Below, piece by piece: positions 56,624 through 64,000 of a stretch of DNA of 64,000 nt (position 1 is its first letter; the number at the start of each line of letters is the position of its first letter). This DNA comes from an uncultured archaeon (GTDB lineage Archaea > Nanobdellota > Nanobdellia > Pacearchaeales > GW2011-AR1). The notes under the pieces are model-generated. The model was not told the origin of the DNA and searched no databases. It worked only from the letters and a program-made list of their open reading frames with translations. Location: NCBI GenBank assembly GCA_903866625.1, contig CAIPOI010000005.1:16371-80370 (forward strand), given 5' to 3'. The translations under genes and the position numbers were made by a program.

Positions 56624-58321
56624 ATGGCATTCATAGTTAAGAAGAAAATAAAGGGGCAGGAGTATTATTATATCCGAGAAAGCAGGAGGGTTGATGGAAA
56701 AGTTAAAGCGATTAATATTGAATACTGCGGCAAGGATAAAAAACGAGCTGAACAGAGAGTTTTTGAGCTGAATTGGGCTGGAAAAAACAGGGAAAAGATT
56801 AAAAACCAAGGGCAAGATAAGATTATTATGGTAGAAAAAAGTGAGAAGAGTGAGAAAAGTAAAATAAGTGTGGATGAATTAGCTAATTTTTGCAAAGCAG
56901 AGGGTTTTGTTTATAGATCTTCAGATATTTACGGAGGATTTTCAGGATTTTGGGATTTTGGGCCGCTTGGAGTTGAATTATTTAAGAATATAAGAGAAGA
57001 TTGGTGGAATTATTTTGTTCATCAGAAAGAAAATATGACTGGGATAGAGGCGAGTATAATTAGTCATCCGAAAACCTGGATTGCTTCAGGACATGTTGCT
57101 AATTTTAGTGATGTTGCGGTTGTTTGCAAAAAGTGTAAGAATGCAACTAAAATAGATAAAAGCGAAGTAGGTAAAGTTAAATGTGATAAATGTGGTGGAG
57201 AGTATGAAGTTAAAGGTGAATTTAGTTTAATGTTTAAAACTAAAGTTGGAGCTTTAGATTCTACAGATGCATACTTGAGGGGTGAGACTGCTCAGGGTAT
57301 GTTTATGGATTATAAACTCGTACAACAAACTTCTAGAAAACAATTGCCTTTTGGTATTGCTCAAATTGGAAGATGCTTTAGAAATGAGATTGCTCCAAGA
57401 GACTTTTTATTTAGAAGCCGTGAGTTTAATATAGCTGAATTTGAATTTTTCATTAATCCTGAAGAAAAAATTTGTAATCTTCTTGAAAAAAAGCATCTTG
57501 ATCTTAAATTAAAATTACTTGATGCAGAAACTCAACAAGAAGGAAAAGAAACTCTAAAAGAAACTACAATAGGTAAGATGCTAAAAGAGGGAAGATTAGA
57601 AGAGTGGCATGCCTATTGGTTGGCTGAACAGATAATGTGGTATAATTCTGTTGGTTTGTTTGAGATAAAAATAAGAGAGCACAAAAAAGACGAGCTTTCT
57701 CATTATTCGAGTGCTACTTTTGATATAGATTATGAATTTCCATTTGGAAGTAAAGAGCTTGGAGGAATAGCAAATAGAGGGCAGTATGATTTAACTCAAC
57801 ATGCTAAGGCAAGTAGTCAAAAAATGGAAGTAAGGGACGAAAAATATAAAAATAATGTTGTTGCAAAAGTTATAGAACCTACTTTTGGTATGGAAAGAGC
57901 TTTCTTAGCTGTTTTAACTAAAGCTTATAATTTTGATGAAAAAAGACAAAATGTTGTTCTTAAATTACTTCCTAAGATTGCTCCTGTTAAAGCAAGCGTT
58001 TTCCCTATAATAAAAGATGAAAAATATGAAAAGATTGCTAAGGAAATTGTTGCAGATTTAAGAAAAGAGTGGAATATAGCTTATGATGTTACAGGAAGCA
58101 TTGGAAGAAGATATTCTAGAAATGATGAGATTGGAACTCCAATGTGTATTACTGTGGATGAAGACACGCCTAAAGATAAATCTGTAACTATTAGAGATAG
58201 AGATTCTACTAAACAGATTCGTGTTAAGATTTCTGAACTTCGTGAAGTTGTAAGAAAAGTTATTGATGGTGAAGATTTATTGAAGTTAGGAAAACTTGTG
58301 GAGACAAGAGTTAAGGAATAG
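56624..58321 (+). CDS. glyS: Glycine--tRNA ligase (alpha2 type) with about 68-aa N-terminal basic beta-rich extension
   Basis: YGGFSGFWDFGPLG, LRGETAQG, FRNEIAPR, IEPTFGMER, SIGRRYSRNDEIG. Confidence 0.96.
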   Translation: MAFIVKKKIKGQEYYYIRESRRVDGKVKAINIEYCGKDKKRAEQRVFELNWAGKNREKIKNQGQDKIIMVEKSEKSEKSKISVDELANFCKAEGFVYRSSDIYGGFSGFWDFGPLGVELFKNIREDWWNYFVHQKENMTGIEASIISHPKTWIASGHVANFSDVAVVCKKCKNATKIDKSEVGKVKCDKCGGEYEVKGEFSLMFKTKVGALDSTDAYLRGETAQGMFMDYKLVQQTSRKQLPFGIAQIGRCFRNEIAPRDFLFRSREFNIAEFEFFINPEEKICNLLEKKHLDLKLKLLDAETQQEGKETLKETTIGKMLKEGRLEEWHAYWLAEQIMWYNSVGLFEIKIREHKKDELSHYSSATFDIDYEFPFGSKELGGIANRGQYDLTQHAKASSQKMEVRDEKYKNNVVAKVIEPTFGMERAFLAVLTKAYNFDEKRQNVVLKLLPKIAPVKASVFPIIKDEKYEKIAKEIVADLRKEWNIAYDVTGSIGRRYSRNDEIGTPMCITVDEDTPKDKSVTIRDRDSTKQIRVKISELREVVRKVIDGEDLLKLGKLVETRVKE

Positions 58322-58323
58322 TT

Positions 58324-58878
58324 ATGGATAGATTAATTCTAGCAATGGTTTTAGCCGCAATTCCTATTATAAATTGGTTATTCAAATATTATTTTTCATC
58401 TATTCTTGGTGAATTAAACCTTTTCAAGAAGCATGTGATTACTTTTTATTCTGACTTATTATTTATTCCATTTAATTTTTTGCTGGGGTTTTGTATACGA
58501 TTTAATCTAAAATTAGTCTTCCTTTTCTTTATTGTTTCACTCTTATTATTTTTTTATATGAGTTCTTATTGGATTAAATTGCATAAGAAAGAAAAGAGAC
58601 CTGTTTATTTGTTTGATATAAAGAAAAACAAAATTAAACTTGCAGGTTATGTAGAACTATTATTTTTCACAATAGAAGCAGTAATTATTCTATCTTTCTT
58701 ATTTTCTCCAATAAGGTCTATATGGAGTATCTTTTCAGGTAGCCTATTGATTATATTTCTGCTTTTGTGTCTGCCTTCTTCATATAAGATTCATGGTAAG
58801 ATTGAAAGGTCAGATTTGATATTTGTTTTAGCTGGTCTGATTATTTTATTAATAAAACTTTTTTACCTTATCTTTTAA
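58324..58878 (+). CDS. Hypothetical membrane protein
   Basis: About 6 TM segments. Confidence 0.65.
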   Translation: MDRLILAMVLAAIPIINWLFKYYFSSILGELNLFKKHVITFYSDLLFIPFNFLLGFCIRFNLKLVFLFFIVSLLLFFYMSSYWIKLHKKEKRPVYLFDIKKNKIKLAGYVELLFFTIEAVIILSFLFSPIRSIWSIFSGSLLIIFLLLCLPSSYKIHGKIERSDLIFVLAGLIILLIKLFYLIF

Positions 58879-59735
58879 GCAATACTCAAGAGTATAACTG
58901 AAACTACTGATAAAACAATTCCCAAGATTCTTTTGGTGGTTAATTTTTCTTTATAGATTAATGTTGCTAATATTATGGCTATAACAAAATTCAAATCATG
59001 CAAAGGAGCAACTATTGAAAGAGGGCCTATAGCATAAGCTTGAAGAACAAAGAAAAAACCTATGAAATTAAATATTCCTATGAACAAACCTATAATCCTT
59101 GCATCAACATTTGACTTCTTTTTATTATTCTCTCCGGCTATTTGTTTACTCAATATTAATACTAAAAAAATATTTATAAAATAAGCCAAAGTTATATAAG
59201 ATAATTTATTTACATAAAGTGCTGCAAACTTTTGAGCAGTAGTGGTCAGAGCACTTGTTATCATCGCAATTAGAGCTAGAGTAATTCCTACCTTGAAATT
59301 CTTAATCTTATCTTGTTTGTCATTTTTATATAGGATGAATACAACTGCAACGGCTAAAATTATTCCAACAAATTGATAGTAAGAAAGTGAATCTTTAAAA
59401 TAAAACAAAGAAAAAGCAACAACGAATATTGTGCTTACTCTGATTATTGGATAGGAAATGCTTGTTGGGATATATTTTAGAGCATTTATTCTAGTAGTTG
59501 TTGTTGCTAAAAAGGTTATGGCATTTATTACAGCAAAGAGAATAAGAAATTTAATATTTCCTATGGGCTGTTTGGTATAAACCCAAAAAATAAGTCCTAG
59601 AATTGAAACAGTCATCATAAAAGAAAGAGTTGTTTTAGCAGTATTACACTTTCTAGCTGCAGAGACCTTATATAAGAAAGTTTGGATACCGAAAGCGAAA
59701 AGAGCTATGAATGTAAAAATTAGATATTGTTGCAT
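58875..59735 (-). CDS. EamA/DMT-family transporter
   Basis: 10 TM in two repeats; GPLSIVAPL, IYKEKLT. Confidence 0.88.
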   Translation of the reverse strand: MQQYLIFTFIALFAFGIQTFLYKVSAARKCNTAKTTLSFMMTVSILGLIFWVYTKQPIGNIKFLILFAVINAITFLATTTTRINALKYIPTSISYPIIRVSTIFVVAFSLFYFKDSLSYYQFVGIILAVAVVFILYKNDKQDKIKNFKVGITLALIAMITSALTTTAQKFAALYVNKLSYITLAYFINIFLVLILSKQIAGENNKKKSNVDARIIGLFIGIFNFIGFFFVLQAYAIGPLSIVAPLHDLNFVIAIILATLIYKEKLTTKRILGIVLSVVSVILLSIA

Positions 59736-59777
59736 AATAAAATCTATTTTTTGAATATAAAAATATTATGGATTTAA

Positions 59778-59849
59778 TGGACTGGCCGAGAATTGAACTC
59801 AGATCTCATCCATGCCATGGATGCGTATGAACCTTTCTACCACCAGCCC
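59778..59849 (-). tRNA. tRNA-Ala(GGC)
   Basis: G3:U70 in GGGCTGG/CCAGTCC; CATCC-AT GGC AT-GGATG. Confidence 0.9.
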
Positions 59850-59901
59850 TTATAATTCTCAAGAAAGAATATTTTAAAAAGGCTTTTATCTTCATAAAAT
59901 T

Positions 59902-60186
59902 ATGGAAAAAATAAAGGTGAAATTTATTGTTGATGCCCTTATGTTTTTAGATTTTCTAATCTTAGCATTTTCGGGATTTGTTCTTTGGAAAATATTAAAA
60001 CATGATGGACTTCATTTTAGAGAACAGTTTATATTTTATAGATGGGAATGGTTAGCAATACATGATTGGACTTCAGCGATATTGATAGTTTTATTATTAG
60101 TTCATCTACTTTTGAATTGGACTTGGATTAAATGTATGATTCTTGGATTATTTAAAAGAAAGAATCGAAAGGAATGTAAGATTTAA
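59902..60186 (+). CDS. DUF4405 (cytochrome b-like) membrane protein
   Basis: SGFVLW, WLAIHDWTS, VHLLLNWTWI. Confidence 0.78.
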   Translation: MEKIKVKFIVDALMFLDFLILAFSGFVLWKILKHDGLHFREQFIFYRWEWLAIHDWTSAILIVLLLVHLLLNWTWIKCMILGLFKRKNRKECKI

Positions 60187-60210
60187 ATAGAGTTTTTATT
60201 ATAATCTACT

Positions 60211-61008
60211 ATGAATGTTGCTTGGTTCTACTCAATAGTTAGTGTACTTATTGTAAGTTTGGTAAGTTTTGTTGGAGTTTTTACTCTTGGAATAAAAGCT
60301 GAGAAACTTAGGAAAATTCTTATTTATTTTATTAGTTTTTCTGCTGGAGCTTTATTTGGAGATGCGTTTATACATCTTATGCCTGAAATAGTTAAAGAAC
60401 AGGGATTTGGGTTAAATGTTTCGGTTTATTTGTTGTTGGGAATATTAATTTTCTTTATACTTGAAAAAATTGTTCACTTTCAACAATATCATTGTCATGG
60501 TCATGAATGTGAAAGTGAATTAGAACTTGAAAAAGGAGTCCATAAATCCAAGAATCCTAAAATTCATTCGTTTGCTTATATGAGCTTAATTGGAAGTTCA
60601 TTACATAATTTTATTGATGGAACGATTATTGCTGCAAGTTATTTAGTAAGTTTTCCTATTGGATTAGCAACAACAATAGCTGTTGTTCTACATGAGATTC
60701 CACATGAGCTTGGAGATTTTAGTATTCTTGTGCATGGTGGGTTTACAAAAGGAAAGGCTTTGTTCATTAACTTTATTTCTGCTTTAATTTCTTTATTAGG
60801 AGTTGTTTTTACTTTTATGCTTAGCTCTAATCTTGGCTCGGTGGTGAATATTATTTTGCCCTTAGCTACTGGTGGATTTATTTATGTTGCGGGTAGTGAT
60901 TTAATTCCAGAGTTGCATAAGCATGGTGGATTTAAAACTTCACTAATTCAGATTTTGACTTTTATTTTAGGAATTTTAATTATGGCTGGAATGTTGGTGT
61001 TGGGATAA
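60211..61008 (+). CDS. ZIP-family divalent metal transporter
   Basis: HLMPE, HNFIDG, HEIPHELGDF, His-rich loop. Confidence 0.93.
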   Translation: MNVAWFYSIVSVLIVSLVSFVGVFTLGIKAEKLRKILIYFISFSAGALFGDAFIHLMPEIVKEQGFGLNVSVYLLLGILIFFILEKIVHFQQYHCHGHECESELELEKGVHKSKNPKIHSFAYMSLIGSSLHNFIDGTIIAASYLVSFPIGLATTIAVVLHEIPHELGDFSILVHGGFTKGKALFINFISALISLLGVVFTFMLSSNLGSVVNIILPLATGGFIYVAGSDLIPELHKHGGFKTSLIQILTFILGILIMAGMLVLG

Positions 61009-61038
61009 ATTTAAATAATTCTTTATTTTGTTTTAATT

Positions 61039-61362
61039 ATGGTTGAAGATTGTGTATTTTGTAAGATTGTTAATGGTGAGATACCCCTAGAGTTTTTGTA
61101 TGACTCAGATAATTTTATAGTCATTAATGATGCGCATCCCCAAACTGAAGGTCATTGCTTAATTATTTCTAAAAAACATTATGCTACCCTTTTAGATTTA
61201 CCTAATACTTTGGGTTCTGAATTGGTGTTGATTGCTAAAAAACAGGGACTAAGATTAATAAAAGAGAAGAAAGCTACAGGATTTAATTTTGACCAGAATA
61301 ATTTTTCTTCAGCTGGACAGGTAGTAAGTCATTTACATTTTCATATAATTCCTAGAAAATAA
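61039..61362 (+). CDS. HIT family hydrolase
   Basis: CVFCKIV, AGQVVSHLHFHIIPR. Confidence 0.93.
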   Translation: MVEDCVFCKIVNGEIPLEFLYDSDNFIVINDAHPQTEGHCLIISKKHYATLLDLPNTLGSELVLIAKKQGLRLIKEKKATGFNFDQNNFSSAGQVVSHLHFHIIPRK

Positions 61363-61414
61363 AAAGTCTCGCGAGCCCACTCATAAAATATGTGGGTCTC
61401 GTGAACTCGCTCGA

Positions 61415-61486
61415 TGGCTGCTCCAAGACTTGAACTTGGGACCCCCGCCTCATGAGAGCAGTGCTCTACCACTGAGCTAAGCAGCC
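61415..61486 (-). tRNA. tRNA-CAT (elongator Met or Ile2)
   Basis: CTGCT-CT CAT GA-GGCGG; G1-C72 argues against initiator. Confidence 0.85.
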
Positions 61487-61559
61487 ATATAAAACTTAAA
61501 GAAAGAGCATTTTTAAACCTTAGTTGCTTCTATTAAATATCAAAAAGAGAGTAAACTGC

Positions 61560-61632
61560 CTCAAAAATATAATCTTCCCTTCGGGTTCGAGAATTGTATA
61601 TTTTTGAGACTCAGAAAATTAACATTTTCTGA
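61560..61632. repeat. Double-hairpin intergenic element
   Basis: CTCAAAAATATA/TATATTTTTGAG around CCCTTCGGG, then TCAGAAAAT/ATTTTCTGA. Confidence 0.65.
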
Positions 61633-61670
61633 TTGTTTATTTTTCTTTTTATAGAGGTATAAAAATAAAC

Positions 61671-62192
61671 ATGGCTAAAGTAATGAATGCTGTTTTTGGA
61701 ATAGGTATTGCAATATTGCTTTTTATCGTAGTCATGCTTGGAGTTCAGGTTTTTTATCACGAACCTTCTTGGGAAGATTTTAATTGCAGTTATCCTTCCC
61801 AACCTTATGGTTCTATGGAACTTTGTAACGATAGTATGACTGTTCTTCAATGTAGAGAATATGTAAAAACTGCTGCTACTATTTATGATAAAGATCAAAA
61901 AGTTTATGATGAATGTAATCAAAGGTTTCAAGAAGCCGAAAAGGTTTATGGTAGAAATTTGTTTGTAGTTAATAATATTGCAGGAATAATCTTTGTAGTG
62001 GTAAGCTTATTTATTTTAATAATGCCCAACATTGCGGCTGGAACTGCTTTTTCTGGTCTAGCATTAATAGTTTATGGATTTATGAGGGGTTGGCAGGGTA
62101 TAGGAGATAAACTAAAATTTGTTGTGGCTTTAATTGTCGCAATACTCTTTATTACTTTTGCAGTTATAATAAATAGAAAATATAAGAAATAA
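61671..62192 (+). CDS. Hypothetical membrane protein with Cys-containing loop
   Basis: 1+3 TM segments; GAGGT SD-like sequence upstream. Confidence 0.7.
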   Translation: MAKVMNAVFGIGIAILLFIVVMLGVQVFYHEPSWEDFNCSYPSQPYGSMELCNDSMTVLQCREYVKTAATIYDKDQKVYDECNQRFQEAEKVYGRNLFVVNNIAGIIFVVVSLFILIMPNIAAGTAFSGLALIVYGFMRGWQGIGDKLKFVVALIVAILFITFAVIINRKYKK

Positions 62193-62488
62193 TGGCTGCA
62201 GAACAATTTATAGGAAATCTTTCGGGATTAGCCGGAGAGCAGACTGGAAGTATTGTGAGTAATGCTTTTGGATTATTGCAGAATGTTCCTGGATTTGATT
62301 TGGTAATTAGATTATTTCAGGTTGCTGGTGCTTTGTTTATTGTTTATCTAGTCTTTCTGATTATGAAGGCTTTTGCAGGTTTAAGATCTGCAAGAAAGCT
62401 TAGTATTATTGCAAAAAATGTTGAAGAGATTAATTCTAAATTAGACCTCTTGGTAGGAAAAAGAGTTTCTAAGAAAGAAAAAAAATAA
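62192..62488 (+). CDS. Hypothetical single-pass membrane protein
   Basis: TM plus short coiled coil; TAATG coupling. Confidence 0.65.
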   Translation: MAAEQFIGNLSGLAGEQTGSIVSNAFGLLQNVPGFDLVIRLFQVAGALFIVYLVFLIMKAFAGLRSARKLSIIAKNVEEINSKLDLLVGKRVSKKEKK

Positions 62489-62492
62489 AAGT

Positions 62493-62675
62493 TTAAAATT
62501 CTATTCGTTCTTGATGGCCATCGTCTCGGTCTAGAACAGTCATAACTAAATCTTCTGTTGGTGCACGCGGGCTGCGTCTCCGCTTAGGTTTATCTAAATC
62601 TATTGGCGGATGCTCAATTATTTGGCCTTCAGCAACATATGGCTGGATGTTGGTTCCTTCGCCTAACTCATACAT
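62493..62675 (-). CDS. Hypothetical small protein
   Basis: 60 aa; AGGAGG SD upstream. Confidence 0.45.
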   Translation of the reverse strand: MYELGEGTNIQPYVAEGQIIEHPPIDLDKPKRRRSPRAPTEDLVMTVLDRDDGHQERIEF

Positions 62676-62936
62676 ATTTTTTCCTCCTATTGTTTTTTCA
62701 TTTGGTTTAGTTAGAAGCCGAGCATAGTTGATACGGGCGATGAATTCAATCTTAAGTAAGTTAAGTGTTTAGAAAATCAGAGCCCGTAAATCTTAATACA
62801 GGACTCCTTTATCAGACACAGCTGATGCTAAATTAATTCCACAATTAATCATCTTAGCATTTTGTGCCATATTTAGATAACAACGTCGAAGTTTAAATAC
62901 TTTTTGGATAGTGAGAATATCTTCTTTAATAAGTCT

Positions 62937-63248
62937 CTATTTCTCAAGAACTATATCAATAGTGGAAACATTAACTTTTTTCCCTTCTTTATTTTCGAAT
63001 TCTTCACTATTAATCTTAACTTCTTTTATCTTTATATTTTCTTCTTTTAGAAATCTTTTAGCAGAGAATTCTGCCACATCTACTGCTCTTGAAATAAATT
63101 TCCCTCTTGCACGGATTATAACTTCTTTTTGGTTTTTTGTTTTAAATTGAGTTACTACGCTCGTGATATAATTCATGAAAGGTTTTTCACCTATGAATAT
63201 AACATTATCATTTTCGTTATTCTGAGAATTTTTGTTTTCTTCTGCCAT
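62937..63248 (-). CDS. albA: DNA/RNA-binding protein Alba
   Basis: IGEKPFMNY, RARGKFISRAVDVAE, NVSTIDIVL. Confidence 0.96.
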   Translation of the reverse strand: MAEENKNSQNNENDNVIFIGEKPFMNYITSVVTQFKTKNQKEVIIRARGKFISRAVDVAEFSAKRFLKEENIKIKEVKINSEEFENKEGKKVNVSTIDIVLEK

Positions 63249-63271
63249 TGTAGTCTATTTAAGTTGTTTCT

Positions 63272-63466
63272 TTAATTTCTAGCTTTTTTTGCTTCAGTAC
63301 ACTTTATTCTAGCAATGTAACCTGCTATTTTGTTTCTAAGACTCTTGCTAGGCATAGTATTACCTATGAGTTTTTTGTTTTTTTCAAAAGTTGTATCAAA
63401 CTTATTTTCTTCTTTTAACATACTTCTTGCGGTACGTTTTATTAATGCGCCTTTTATTCTTCCCAT
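63272..63466 (-). CDS. rps17e: 30S ribosomal protein S17e
   Basis: MGRIK, FEKNKK, SKSLRNKIAGYI. Confidence 0.96.
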   Translation of the reverse strand: MGRIKGALIKRTARSMLKEENKFDTTFEKNKKLIGNTMPSKSLRNKIAGYIARIKCTEAKKARN

Positions 63467-63510
63467 ATAGTTCTTGATAGATTTTGCTTTTTAAACCTTA
63501 TGTTTTAACT

Positions 63511-64000
63511 TTAGTCCAGCTTTTCTAGATTGTTTAGTTTTTTATAGGCCTCCATCATTTCTTTTATCTTTTTTGGAGTTTCACCTTTGAATACTATTGA
63601 ATAAGGTAAATTTAACATTACTGCCTTTTTAGAAATTTTAAGTATGTCAGTTTCATCAACTTTTTTCTTATCAAAAGCAGCAAATAAGACTTCATTATTA
63701 TTCTGTTTAATTCTTAACAGCGCATATTTCTTATCGTATTCTTCTATGTTTAGAATTTCACTTCCTTTCATATTCAACACTTCTTTTATTTTATTCAAAA
63801 ATGTTTCATCAATGGTTTTCTTTTGAGCTATTTTTTTTGAAGATTTTTTAATTTCTGGCTTATCTTTTATATTCTCTTGCATCTGCTGCTTTAATTTCTC
63901 TAATTCTTTTTTCTTTTCTTCAAGTTCTAGTTTTATTCTGTCTACTTCATTATCTTTTTTTACTTCTTTTTGCTCATCTTCTTTATTTTCTAAATTTTTT
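63511..64000 (-). CDS. Hypothetical protein, 5'-truncated at window edge
   Basis: Frame appears open to the window end with K/E-rich sequence. Confidence 0.6.
   Translation of the reverse strand, partial: KNLENKEDEQKEVKKDNEVDRIKLELEEKKKELEKLKQQMQENIKDKPEIKKSSKKIAQKKTIDETFLNKIKEVLNMKGSEILNIEEYDKKYALLRIKQNNNEVLFAAFDKKKVDETDILKISKKAVMLNLPYSIVFKGETPKKIKEMMEAYKKLNNLEKLD

Noticed and set aside
56624..56828. Intact IS transposase
   Set aside because: Only about 40 aa resemble a transposase N-terminus; there is no DDE domain and the frame continues into GlyRS.
62676..62870. ncRNA or pseudogene upstream of the 60-aa ORF
   Set aside because: Only a 25-codon ORF and no convincing structure or homology.
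2139..63826. Many short antisense or alternate-frame ORFs (e.g. 2139, 4155, 8313, 18676, 22681, 37820, 38195, 39767, 56668, 62911)
   Set aside because: Mostly F/L/S/I-rich shadows of K/E-rich genes; they overlap well-supported CDSs.

Overview
AT-rich, gene-dense chromosome segment of a reduced-genome archaeon. A DPANN lineage, probably Pacearchaeota/Woesearchaeota-like, is inferred from the gene content and style: archaeal information genes (RadA, TFB, GINS, aIF2alpha, Alba, S8e/S17e/S27e/S3Ae/L44e, SRP54/FtsY, Bud32), little metabolism and mostly leaderless genes. It has 10 tRNAs (one with an intron) and a complete type IV pilus locus at 9.3-20.8 kb (ATPase, platform, 11 class-III-signal proteins including an unannotated 43-aa micro-pilin, prepilin peptidase). 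A second surface module pairs a 632-aa pilin-signal protein with a 1914-aa Cys-rich giant. Most notable: (i) a glycyl-tRNA synthetase fused to an N-terminal transposase-like beta-sheet domain, with three 12-bp GTAGTRCCTAAT boxes around its own TATA box, suggesting an autoregulated synthetase; (ii) a PurA homologue with a remodelled nucleotide pocket, coupled to an FAD oxidoreductase between the split halves of Hef; (iii) a dispersed TCAGAAA(A)T...A(T)TTTCTGA hairpin family in 5' leaders and in a duplicated tRNA-Cys 3' end; (iv) several apparent pseudo-enzymes. No rRNA, CRISPR array, integrase or intact transposase was seen. All calls come from reading motifs by eye; no searches were run.
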